Origin: Eukaryota sp. TZLM1-RC
Taxonomy: Eukaryota; Protista; Metamonada: BaSk clade
Reading direction: 5' to 3'
Assembly (NCBI GenBank): GCA_040285825.1
Contig: JAUPSS010000014.1
Coordinates: forward strand, 66,337-130,336
Length of the DNA: 64,000 nucleotides
Shown: one piece after another, positions 13,564-25,673 of the stretch
Numbering within the stretch: position 1 is the first letter of the stretch
Layout of the letters: each line of letters starts with the position of its first letter
The notes under the pieces: model-generated
Told to the model about the DNA's origin: nothing
The model's input: the letters and a program-made list of their open reading frames with translations, nothing else
Databases searched by the model: none
Position numbers and translations under genes: made by a program

Positions 13564-14706
13564 TTACTTGTTTTCCTGTTCAAAACGCTTCATAAAATCA
13601 GCAAGCGCTTGACAGCCTTCCACGGGCATTCCATTATAAATAGAAGCTCTGCATCCACCAATACTGCGATGACCTGCTAAAGTAACAAGACCAACTTCCT
13701 GAGCTTCAGCAATAAACTTCTTCTCAAGATCGGCATCACCTCCATTAGGTCCAACACGGAAAGGAATGTTCATGAGCGAGCGGAATGATTTTTGAACAGG
13801 GGCGTGGAAAAAGTCTGAACCATCAATAACATTGTAAATCATGTCAGCCTTCATCTTGTTTCGCTCATACATTGCTTCAAGTCCACCAATCTTCTTAAGC
13901 CATTTAAATACTAAACCGGCGAGATAAATAGCATAAGTGGGAGGGGTGTTCTTCATTGAAGCAGCTTTTGCTTGGGTCGCAAGGTTCATCATATCAGGAC
14001 AGAGTGGATGAGCATTGCCAATAAGATCCTTTCGAACAATAGCAAAGGTAAGACCAGCCATAGAGCAGTTCTTTTGGGCTCCTCCATAAATAATACCATA
14101 TTTACTGACATCAATTGGTCCTTGAAGAATGTTAGAACTCATATCACAAACAATTGGAACATTTGCGGGGACCTCAGGAACATAGTCAAAGGCAACACCG
14201 TGAATAGTTTCATTAGAACAAAAGTGAAAATAAGCTGCTTCTGGGTCAACATTGAGCTCGGACTGAGGAGGTACATGGGTAAACTTATCAGCGGTGGTAT
14301 CAAGAACAACTTCAACGTCACAATAACGCTTGGCTTCTGCAATAGCCTTCTTTGACCATTCTCCAGTTAAGGCATACACAGCCTTCTTTTTTTCTCCGAG
14401 GAGATTGAGTGGGATAGTTGCAAACATTTGAGAGGCACCACCTTGAAGGAAAAGAATCTCATAGTTGTCAGGGACATTGAGCAACTCACGCATGTTTTCA
14501 CGTGCTTCATCGATGATCTTCATGTAGGACTTTGAGCGATGTGACATTTCCATAACGCTCATTCCAGTACCTTCATGGTTAAGAAAGTTGCGATGAGCTT
14601 CTTCAAGAACTTCAAGAGGAAGCATTGAAGGTCCAGCTAGAGTTAAACTGGACAAGTTCTACAAACCACTAAAGTTGTATACACGGTCGTAAGCTTGGCC
14701 AGTCAT
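13564..14706 (-). CDS. PSAT1: Phosphoserine aminotransferase, copy 2 (30-nt intron 14637-14666); tail-to-tail inverted duplicate
   Basis: Protein is identical to copy 1 except L/V in exon 1 and A/T near the C-terminus. Confidence 0.97.
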
Positions 14707-15184
14707 GATCAATAAATGAAAAAAAAACTGGTAAAATATGTTGGATGTCTTTTAAGTACTGATAAGAAGAATTTTAAAGAAATTTAGGAAATTTGTAAAC
14801 ATCAAACTTTTTCCTACTGTTCTTCAAATCTATGCAGAAACTATGGAGTTGTGATCTCAGTACCGTTGTCCTATCTCTTAGTTAACCTTTTTCGTCCGCC
14901 AATAATCCTTTGGAAACATGTAGTGCCTAAGTTATAGTTTATCTCAAATCAATATCAGAGGCTCCTACTGTCATTGTTGTCGTGGATCTAATAATATTGA
15001 TATGTAATATGATATTACATAGTGCTTCGAGTACACAAACATTTGATATAAATGGTCCATTCATAATCTATTGTACAATTACATCTAAATACATATTGGG
15101 TGGTGTAGAAGTCCATCTACAATCACCACAGTAATTCAGTGTGGACAACATTACAACCAACCAACATTATCAATATAATTAGTA

Positions 15185-15705
15185 GATTCCTTTGGTAAAA
15201 GAAGGGCAGATTTAGTAGCTCCAAGGATCGATGGTGTTCTCAACGTTGTGGATGTTGTCTCAGTCGATGTCTGCAAAAATACTGCTGCTCGTTTGGTGTA
15301 TTCCGCTGATTCGCCGCTATTCAACGCAGAAAAAAAGAATATAACAAAATATGAAGCTCCATTGGCACAATAAGGTAGAGTCGAACATGTGAAATATCAG
15401 TTTGTGCCGTTTGCAATTTCTCTTTTTGGCAATATTGGACCTTCAGGATTACACTTTTGGAAAATTTCAAAAAAAATTTTACTAATAAGACCTCGTAAAA
15501 ATGAATACCACTTTCTGGTTAAATAGAATTGCTTGTTGCATTTTCAAGTCTATTCCAACAATGACTTCTAAAGCTCTTTAGCTATTGGTGTAGAAAATGA
15601 ACGAAATGTTGTGAGTAGGTTTAGTAGTTGCGATGTTTGTTTGGAAGAAATTGAATATTAGATAGAATTTTAGTTCAATAAAAATACAGTTTACAAAAAA
15701 AATAA
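15185..15705 (+). mobile_element. CRE-like RLE non-LTR retrotransposon, 5'-truncated 3' end
   Basis: Closely similar to 29715-30245 (RRADLVAP..VVDVVS..KYQFVPFAISLFG); ends in an A-rich tail. Confidence 0.85.
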
Positions 15706-15749
15706 AATTAGTCAACACAGATTGAAAACAATTCCATCCAATTCAATGG

Positions 15750-16450
15750 TTGTTACAATGTCAACATGAACAAAATGGTTAAGCAAGAAGAGTTTATTCA
15801 TATTCTGTACAACATCTGGTATTCCTACACAGATGCTCAAGAGATTAGAGCATACAGACATCTTGAAAAGCTTTGGAAACTGTTGGTCAACTTTACTGCA
15901 TCTATCTCAAAGACCAGACCAATAACTTTTGACTAAACACAGTTGTTTTGAATAGACCGCAACAACAAGTGCCTATGTCAAAGAAGAAAGCTGTTTGTAA
16001 TAAATGTCTCGTAGCAGCACATTATCAGAGACAATGTCCAAACCCCTGTGGAAAGTGTGGTTTAGAAGGTCTTATCTGTACAAGATTGTACAACCTAGCA
16101 CAAGTTCAAGTATCGCGTGCCACAAGTTCACACAATTTGTGCCACAAGAAAAAAGGTTTCCAGCAATGTAGGTGATTTGTGATATTGTCAAGTGACACTA
16201 AGGATGTACATTATACCTCTACTGATTTGAAATCTTATTAAATGAGGTAATAATCAAAAAAAATATTGTAAACAGAATAAAAGAAAAAAAGGAATCGTTA
16301 ACGTTGAATGAGAAACAAAGATTGACGAAACTGCAATTTCACATTGAACAAATTGATACAACTTCTTGATTGTTCGGAACAATTAACATGAAAAGTGATG
16401 TATTCACTGTGTGCTCTGTAGATAGTCAATGAGTCTTGATTAATATTAAT
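15750..16450 (+). mobile_element. Decayed gag (CCHC knuckles) / protease remnant of an LTR retrotransposon
   Basis: CNKCLVAAHYQRQC followed by CGKC (ORF 15948-16175). A frameshifted LLDC(G)TIN, resembling a retropepsin motif, lies at ~16360. Confidence 0.45.
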
Positions 16451-17254
16451 AAAGAGTGTTAAAACCAAAACTATGTCATTTCAACTGTAAGAAGGACGTT
16501 TTCATAATTAACATATATAAATACTTTACAACATTAAATATTAAGTCAGCTTTAGCAATAGCGACAGCGAATTCATAGTCTAGTTCAAAGAGATTCAGTG
16601 ACATGGAGTACAGCACATCAGTATATGAACATCAGAAGGTGAAACTGACTCCAGAATGAATGAAAGGTCATCAACAGCTAGTGATGTTTTACCAGAACCT
16701 TCAAATGGGGACATGGCTGACATTGTTTCAAAAGTCTGAGAATCTATTTTCGGTGATTCTGGAGATGAAGAAGGAGAAGCTGAATGCATTGATGAATGAG
16801 AGTCATCACTAGAGGTATCATCGGAGTCGGAAAGAGAGGAGCTAGGAAGTGATGTCTCTGAAAATATTTCCTGACAAGGGTTCTGTGGAAGAGTGTCAAA
16901 AGCTGCTCAGGGTGAAGGAGCAATCAGCATCTCTCAGCCAGATTCACTTCACACTTCACATTCTTAACAACATGAAGCAACAAAACAAAAACGATAACGA
17001 GGTAACGGACTCAGCTCCCACCTCCTTGTCCAACCTGTTGTTCACAAAACAGCAGGGATCTTCCTCTAGAACTCCTCAGTCGAAAACAGTCGTCCTACAT
17101 TACAAGAATAAACGGAAAATCACAGCCTCAGTTTCCGAACGGAAACGTCGTTCTGATCCTTTCGTAGAAGTAGAGTATTGCACTTTTTTGGGTCATCATG
17201 TTAGCCATGATATGGGTGCTGTTGAATCAGCCATCGTTATAATCACTTTAGATA

Positions 17255-17720
17255 TGAGATGTTTTTCTTGTTTGTGTGTTGTTTTAAATCTTTATTAAGG
17301 TTGAGTTTGTTGATTGTATGAATAATTTTTGTCCAGTTGCTTCCAACATCTCCTATCAACAAACTTTTTTTCTGTTGATTTAGCGATAGATGGAGATGTT
17401 GAATCTAACCCTAATCCTTTCGACATACTTTCTGCTGATTTAGACAGTCTTACATCAATAACATTGATTACTGGCGCTGTGATGGATTTTTGGGCTGAAC
17501 AACTATTGAATGATAATAATAACTTGAATACCAGTGTTGTTTACATTAGCCCTGCAGAATGATCTTGTCTAATTTTTATGAGCATTTGATCGAAAGAATT
17601 TCAGAAAATAGTGTTATCATCATACCTTTGAATGATGCACTAGATCAACAAGTCGGTTAGCGATTACATTGGGGTTTAGCAATTCTTGATGTTGTGCAAA
17701 AAGAATGCATCCTTTTAGCC
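17255..17720 (+). pseudogene. 2A-like peptide followed by a Ulp1/SENP (peptidase C48)-like domain; remnant of a retroelement ORF N-terminus
   Basis: LAIDGDVESNPNP (motif 17392-17418), then DLDSL..VMDFWAEQL..VVYISP. After a frame break it reads VIIIPLNDALDQQVG*RLHWGLAILD. Confidence 0.6.
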
Positions 17721-17764
17721 CATCAGTTGGATTAGTTATTTACTTCTGTTCAAGAAGAAAAGTC

Positions 17765-20700
17765 TGTTTTTTTTTAGTTTTTTTTATTAAAAACCTATAA
17801 ATTAACATCTAATTAGTATTTATTGAATTTGCACACTTGATTAAATTAAATCATAACTAATGGGACGACTATCATTAAACCAAGATTTCCTCTACAAAAT
17901 CTTGATTTGCTTGCTGTCTAGCTAAAGCTTCTCTAATTCGATTGAAAAACCGCGGTAATCTATTAATAATGGCAAATTGAATCCGTGAACGCCATAAAAA
18001 AATATCAAATCTTTTCATTGTTTTTTCTTTCACCATTTTTTGGAAGTCATCCAAAAAAGTTTCTGCTTCAGCTGATAATCTTCCATTTATCGAAATTAAC
18101 ATCTAAATAATCCATCTCTCCCAAAACAAAACAACTAGATGAAACACTCTCATAGTGAGATCCAAGAGAAAACAAAGCATCAGAAACCATCTTCAACATC
18201 CCCTTAAAAATAGAAAACACAATTCTATTTTGCCAAAAAAATCTGTTGAAATTTCTGTTGGCTCTTCTTTTTACAATCATTTCAAAATCTTCCAAAAAAA
18301 CGTATAGCCGTTGGAGCAAGTGAACCAAAAAGAGAAAACACAATGGATACAAATTGTATTTTGCATGCCGTTTTTCTTTATTTTAACTTTCTTTATTCAA
18401 AAGAAATTGTTAAAAACTAAAAATAAATTGGATTCGATCTTGTAGGACTCAAACATACAATTGAGCTGAGCACGAATTGCATCATGCACTTTTGATCTAA
18501 AAGCGATAAAACGATTACAATTAAAGAAATGGGTTGGAGTGACAGTCTTTCCACATTTACAAATTAAACCATGAGGAAGATTATCAAGCCCAATAAAAGA
18601 TCGAAGACGCATAGATAATAAAAAGCAAAAATCATCTGGAAACAAACAATAAATTCTTAAAACTTGATTAATTAAACAAGACGCAAAACTGTCACAAACA
18701 TCCAGTAAAAAATTTGCAAAAGCGAATTATAAAATTATTTATATTTATTACTCATCATCGTTTTCTAGTCATTATCAATTTTTAACAACTATTTTAGTCA
18801 ATGACACACAGTTGTTCTTGTTCTGCTGAAAGGTATCTCCTTATAGTTTTGCATTTTCATTTCAGTAGTTAGAATATTGAGAAGTTTACCAATCATTCCG
18901 TCTTATTGAGCAAACAATAATTTCCTCCAAAAAACAATGTTGTATAGCACCAATTTTCATTAAACGTTTTCCCAATCATCAGACAAGTTTATAATTGAAG
19001 ATGAAGGAGCTGAACTCTTCAGAAGCTAGGTCGGTCTATAAAATTTCTCCGAATTTTTATTTTCTATACAAAAAGAAAACTGATTGTTTTAAACAGCACT
19101 TATTTATTTAAAAACTTATAAATCAATATATAATTAATAGATCTCTCCCAAAACAAAACAACTAGATGTAACTCTCTGATAGTGAGATCCAAGAGAAAGC
19201 ATAGCATCAGAAACCATCTTCAACATCCCCTTAAGAAAAGAAAACACAATTCTATTTTGCCAAAACAATCTGTTGAAATTTCTGTTGGTTCTTCTCTTTA
19301 CAATCATTTCAAAATCTTCCAAAAAACGTATAGCCGTTGGAGCAAGTGAACCAAAAAGAGAAGATACAAATGGATACAGATTGTATTTTGCATGCTGTTG
19401 ACTGGCCAATTTGGAAAAATGTTCATTGTATTTTTTGATTTTGAAATTTTCAGCATTTGAAAGAGGATTATGAATTTCAGAATTAACAAGCCTTTCATTT
19501 GAGGCATTACAAGGATCAAAGGACTTTACATCCACTAAAATGAAGGTTCCGTCTAATCCTGGTAATATGACATCACCTCTATTATTCTTATGAAAATCAT
19601 CAGTATCAAACAGATTTGAGAACAGAGGTTCCAAAAAGATTCAACTCCATAAGACTTACACATACAATATAGTTGGTCTTTTACAGCATCATGAACCTTG
19701 CTTCTAAAAGTAATAAAATGTTTACAATTTAACAAATGAGTAATTGTAATTTTTCGAGAACATTTACAAATTAAATTATGATCTAAATTATTAGGCCAGA
19801 TAAGGAACGAAATCTCATATTCAAAGTCCAAGCAGAATCAGTTAAGAGAGTACCATAAACTTAAGGAATTGTTGTTACTAAGGCAGAAGTACTATCACAC
19901 ATTTCTTGTAAAAGATTTGCAAAAACGGGATTCTTTTTATTGACCAAGCCAAGTCTAACATCAAAATCCAAGCTTTCAAAAATCTTTGACATATTTTTTT
20001 GTATTGTGAATTTTATTAAAAACCTATAAATCAACATTTAAATAATCCATCTCTCCCCAAACAAAACAACTAGATGCAACTCTTTCATAGTGAGATCCAA
20101 GAGAAAGCAAAGCATCAGAAACCATCTTCAACATCCTTTTAAAAATAGAAAACACAAATCTATTTTGCCAAAGCAATCTGTTGAAATTTCTGTTAGTTTT
20201 TCAATCATTTCAAAATCTGCCCAAAAACGTATAGCCGTCGGTGCAAGTGAACCAAAAAGAGAAAAAACAAATGGATACAAATTATATTTTGCATGCTGTT
20301 GACTGAACATTTTTGACAAAGATTCATTGTATGACAATTTTTGTTGAAGCTTTTTACAGCAAAACTGCAAATTAAAAAGAAATCGGTTTGGAATTTCTTG
20401 AATTGATTGGGGACAACATTTGGTCCAAATTTGTGGTGGCAATCTATCAATTTCACAAGATAACTTATTCAAATATGGACTGCAACTGGAAACTAAAAGA
20501 TGAGAATCATCAGAAAATCTGCGAGAAAACTCATAAATAAAATTCTTGCCTCCGCCCAAAAAAGCTGATTGACACAAAATAGAAGATTTAGTTAATCCAA
20601 TGCCACTCAAATTTGCTGAAGAAAATAAGTGATTTTTCGACATTCCTGGTTCTGCATCCAATAATTCAGCAAAAAATTCTGTTCTCAATGAAATAAGGGA

Positions 20701-21578
20701 ACGACAAAAAGCTAATGAGGGAGCACAAGATCTCAAAATGTGGGTTATTCTCCCAGTTAAGCGAATTTTTACCTTAAAAAATTCAATATGTTTTTCTAAA
20801 TCTAAGGACGAAATTGAATCAAGTTCAATTTTCATTTTCTCCAAAATAGCTTGTAATTCATTCTGAATTTGAGGCACATTTCCCAACCAGCAACCAAGAA
20901 ATTCAAAAGCTTCACTACTATGGTTAGTAAAAGGGACAACAGAATTATTTACCGCAATATCCTGAGGAGAAGAACCAATCAGGAGGCATTTGCTCGCAAA
21001 AAGATGAAATCCACTAATTTCATATGAATTGGCAATTTCTTGAGCAACCAATTCTAGTAAAGCAAATGAACCAATCAAGGATATATCATCCATATAAGCA
21101 ACTATTTTTATAGAAGGGTATTTTTGCTTAATGATATTTAATATTTTGTGAATTACTAAACAAAACAATAATGGACCTAAAGGATCACCTTGTTTTACAC
21201 CAGAAGATGATTTTAAACCAAAAAAATTAAATATTAAATTTGATTCTTGACCATAAAATTAGTTGAAAAAACTCAAAAGCTCAGGAAAATCAGATTTATT
21301 TACTTCAAAAATTGCTTTTCGTTTTACAGAATTAAAAGTATTTTTAAAGTCAAGATTAAAATTAAAGTTATTTTCCTCTGCATTAAAAAGAGTATTAGAG
21401 GCAAGAGCAGCAACAAAAGCAGCACCAATTGTTTTTATTCCAAATTGATGAGGATTCAAAAATTTAGAAGCTTTGTCTTTGACACAATCGAAGACCATCA
21501 ATGCTAACAAACGAGATTCACCAACAGCAATTGGGCGTAAACCATCAGGTTTAATTTTATTACCTGGCTTTACTAAAG
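17765..21578 (-). mobile_element. Head-to-tail cluster of CRE-like RLE non-LTR retrotransposon fragments (>=5 pieces from several subfamilies)
   Basis: RT motifs ALVKP..DGLRPIAVGE, HQFG, LDFKNTFNSV, GVKQGDPLGPLLFCL and AYMDD at 20128-21578. Also CCHC (CKC..HLLNC), RSKVHD, RGD and KKY RLE motifs, and poly(A) tails (T runs at ~17770, ~19100, ~20000). Confidence 0.92.
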
Positions 21579-21599
21579 TCTGTTTTTCGTTGGAGGTTT

Positions 21600-23245
21600 C
21601 GTCAAGTCAAAAATCTATTTCTTGAGACGAATCGTGACAATCCTCCCATTACTGATGATCAAGTTGGCAATTTCATAAAACTTTCGGATGAGAAAATCTT
21701 GAACGAAGACAATAAAAAAGTTTGAATTAATCAGCAAAAACAGTTTAAACAGTAATCATTCCAAAAAATTTTGGAATATTTTTTTATTCTCTTATTTTAT
21801 TCAAAAAAATTATTATCCAAAATTTGTATGCTGTTAAAAGATGAAAATTGGATAAAATCAATTTTTCCTACATTTGTTGTAGTAAAATTTCCAACGACGA
21901 GGAGATGGCTATTGACGTTAATTCATTACTTTCCACTGTGCAAAAGAATCCCCAATCTTTTATCAAATCAGCTGTCAAAATTAATAATTTTATAGAGGAA
22001 GCAGAGGGGAAAACATTTAATGTCATTCCAATAGTTCAACATAAAAGTCCTACATTTTTTGAAGGTGATAGCCAAGGACTGTGGGGTATTTGGCGTTTTT
22101 TAGTTTACAGTTGATGAAATTACTGACAAAAAAATTCGAAATGGAGTTCAAGGACTGAAATTCAACGTAGGAATCTAGAAAATCGAAATTTATCTTAGTC
22201 ATATGGTTTTGAATTTAATAGACCATTTATTAAAAAAAGGCTACAATTTTAACAACACCGATAAAACTGATGATGTTGCTGACTGTATTGAGCTTGTAAG
22301 AGAGTATTGTATTGACATGTCCTTCAAGCCTGATAGTGCAAAATTTGTCACCATTGACAACTATTTAGATGAGTTGGGTGTTGAATTTCTATCATCAAAC
22401 CACAAAGTACATATTGACCTTGGAATTTACTTTATTTTTGTAGTCAAAACAGCTTTCAACTCAATGCAAAAGAACAATTAAAAAGAGATAAACAATCTAA
22501 GTGGCTAATATTAACAGAATTGGAGTGGTCAAGGGTGTCGAGAGTTCACCAAAAATTCAGAAAATTCAAAATAAAGAGTATATTTTACAAAATGGAATCA
22601 CAGTGCAACAAACGGAAGCTACATTATCAAAACAATCATCAAAATCTTCCATTAATGATAATTTCTATTCTTATGTTGCTTCCAAGCTGACAAACATGAC
22701 ATATACAATTGATTACTACTGTTTAATGATAAGGCATTCAAAAAAGGCAAAGGTATGCCCATCATCAGAAAACTGAGACTAAGTTATTAAAAAGGATGGC
22801 TGACAAGCAATGAAAAAAAGAAACTATCCTAAAGTTTGGTAAAAAAAATTTCATCAAACTTTTTTTTACTAAAAATGGCAATAAGACCAAGAAATTAAAG
22901 CATCATCAATCAAGAAGAGGAGTTGAATGGAGAAATTTCTTTAAGAGAAATGGTTATACAGTATGTTTAGTTGATGAAAAAAAGACATCTTCAAAGTGTC
23001 CAACTTGTTATAACCCGTAAATGTATTTTCTTGATGTTGAGAATCCTAGGCCATGAATGAGGGAGAAATATCCTACTGTGAAATGTCATGCTTTGTTAAG
23101 ATGTCGATCTGATGTTTGTTAAGAAGAGTGTGATGTAAAGGATAAGAGAAGGAATCGTGACAAGTTGGCATGTATCAACATCAAGGCAATTGTAGATTAT
23201 TTTGTAGAGGATAGTGTTGGTGATAGGCCTCCATATTTGTCGTAA
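21600..23245 (+). pseudogene. Fanzor1 (TnpB-derived RuvC nuclease) pseudogene, family A
   Basis: RuvC-I-like HIDLG at ~22410. One frame (22873-23245) reads RGVEWRNFFKRNGYTVCLVDEKKTSSKCPTC..VENPRP*MREKYPTVKCHALLRCRSDVC..RNRDKLACINI..GDRPPYLS*, i.e. RuvC-II, Zn ribbon and RuvC-III, with in-frame stops. Confidence 0.85.
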
Positions 23246-23318
23246 GTTATAACTTTTTACTTTAGAGAATCTTGCATTTTTCGATTTTCCCATTCAAGTT
23301 CCTTCATTTCATATCAAT

Positions 23319-23802
23319 ATGAGCAAACAGATCATTGAAACCGATAAAGCACCTGCTGCCATTGTAAGTTTTGATTCAATAGTGTATTGATCGCAGGGGT
23401 ATGTACAAAATTAGATACATCACCACAGCCCTTACTCTCAAGCCGTAGCTGCTAACGGATTTCTTTATGTTAGTGGATGTCTCGGTGTCGATTCCAAAAC
23501 TGGTGATTTTGTTTCCGATAACGTTGTTGAACAATGTAGATGTGCCTTGGATAACATGAAGGCTATTGTTGAAGCTGCCGGTTGCACCATGGAGGATGTA
23601 ATTAAATGCTCCGTTTTCGTTCGTATGTGCTTTTCCATATAAGCTTATATCAGAAGACATGAATGACTTCGCTCAAGTCAACACTGTCTATGCTGAATAC
23701 TTCAGTGAAAGGCCACCAGCCAGAGAGTGTATTCAGGCTGCCTGTTTGCCCAAAAATGCCAAATACGAAATTAGTGCTATTGCCATTCATCGTGGTGAAT
23801 AA
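23319..23802 (+). CDS. RIDA: RidA/YjgF/UK114 enamine-imine deaminase, 4 exons including a 2-nt microexon (absent from the ORF track)
   Basis: MSKQIIETDKAPAAI|G|PYSQAVAANGFLYVSGCLG..KCSVFV|QDMNDFAQVNTVYAEYFSERPPARECIQAACLPKNAKYEISAIA. Introns are 23364-23396, 23399-23428 and 23623-23653. Confidence 0.93.
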
Positions 23803-23928
23803 GTTTGTTGTTCTATAAACATTATTTATACCTTTTCAGCAGTATTTTTTTGGTGTTTTTTTTGTTCAATTCAAAATAGGTTGTTTATTTGCGTAGCTAG
23901 AAATTGCTTTCAATAACTTCTAGAAATT

Positions 23929-24884
23929 TGAAGGAATTCGAAAATTCCATTTCTCTGGCAATTATTCATTATTTTTCCATTTCTATTCACTAAAACATTA
24001 CAAGTCTTAAGTTCTGCGAATATATGAGCAACTACTAAGTTACTGAGTGCGACGATTTTGAGTGCGACGATTTTTCGAATTAATTTTTACTATTATTATT
24101 AAGTTAATAATATTAATTATTAATGTCAGTATTAGAAAGCACAATGTATAAAAATAGTAGCAGAATAGTACATTAATTCTTCACCCCACCAACACCATTG
24201 TTCACTCTCCACCACAAATGAGTAAGATTCAACACATAGACTCCTCTCCGGAGTTGGACATATTGGACTTTTATGATGTAGTAAGCCATCCCACCAGAAA
24301 CGACAAAGGAAGTCCACGTCATGGAACCTTTTTTTTGAATTAGTGTTAAAATTACTGTAAAAATTGTACTGGATACGACGTAAACCTCATATGAATATGA
24401 ACAACACAACAATGTAAACCGTTTTTTCACACAGCATAGTCTTGATCAAAGTGAGTGCGAGTGCGAGTGCGAGTGCGCACTCGGTAACTTAGAGCAACTA
24501 TAACACTCTCACAATGAGTATTTTGCACCTTCTTGGTCACCATCAACAAAACATCACATTTCTTCTCACTGACTTTAAATAAATGTATGATATATATTTC
24601 AGATAAAAATAAAAAAAACTTGAATCTATAAAGAATTTAAGGAATTTATTTACTTTTTAGAATAATTGATTAATTTTTTCAGATCATTTGAGCAGTTCCC
24701 AGAAATTTTTCACTTACAGAATCTCAAGCGCTGTTTATTTGACAACTAATGTTCATCAACAGTTCCAAATTTTGAATAGAGGGTTATCACAACTTCAATC
24801 CAAGGAAAGGTATCCCTATAAAATTATGAAGGAATTCAAAAATTCCATTTCTCTGGCAATTATTCATTATTTTTCCATTTCTAT
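23929..24884. repeat. ~58-bp dispersed direct repeat (23929-23986 and 24827-24884)
   Basis: TGAAGGAATTC[G/A]AAAATTCCATTTCTCTGGCAATTATTCATTATTTTTCCATTTCTAT is present twice with one mismatch. Confidence 0.85.
24035..24492. mobile_element. MITE / non-autonomous DNA transposon with 17-bp TIRs and an 8-bp TSD
   Basis: TIRs CTAAGTTACTGAGTGCG and CGCACTCGGTAACTTAG (1 mismatch). TSD AGCAACTA at 24027-24034 and 24493-24500. Subterminal GAGTGC repeats. Confidence 0.9.
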
Positions 24885-25673
24885 AGCTTCCTGTGTATAA
24901 TATATAAGAAAAATATGAATTTTAAAACTAAGTAGAAGTAACTAGATAGAATACACCAAAAAGTTTTTTCTAAAAAATCTCATAAGTGTGGATAAGTGCA
25001 AACCAAAATCATGATATAAATTCCTTTTCCCACTTACTTTCCTAGACTATTATGATGTTTGCTGTGACTCAACCTTTCACACAACTCATTATATAAATTT
25101 TCCTTTGGTTGTGATTGAGTCATGTCCTGATATTATTCTTACCACAAAAAAATAACAGATGAAAAGATTCTTGATTTGTGAGTCAACATAATCAATGGAA
25201 TAATATTTAATTTTTTATTTATTTTATAATATTTAGATGGTAGACATACTTTAAAAATGAGTGTCTTGAATTGTTATTATCAAATATAGATTTAATTGGC
25301 TTAATCATTTCCTTTTGAAGTATCAGCAAGAGGAATAGTTGCTAATAGCTGCATTTCATTGATGAAAAGATTACTCAATCCAAAGACTACAATAAAACCA
25401 TCAGTAAAGAAATAACATTTTAAGCTCTCAAATGCTCCTACCGCATCTTTTCGAGAATCTTTTAGAGAATCCCGCATATGGTTGTCTGATGAAGTAGAAT
25501 GATAGAAACACACCATGGGCGGTGGTTTAAAAGTGTTGCAAGTTCATGTTGATTGTTAATAGGAAAAATTGTTTTTGTTATTTTATAAAAAGAACTTTAT
25601 ATAATATGTTTCTTATAAAATGACCTCATTTTCAAAAAAAAGAATAAATTAAAAAATTTACTATACAGTGGAA

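Noticed and set aside
16580-17250. Ser-rich ORFs 16595-16789 and 16849-17298 as genes
   Set aside because: Low complexity, non-ATG or fragmentary, and with no recognisable domain. They are likely TE debris.
23376-23660. 94-aa minus-strand ORF and other antisense/overlapping short ORFs in the track
   Set aside because: These are shadows of real genes on the other strand or frame (here RidA).
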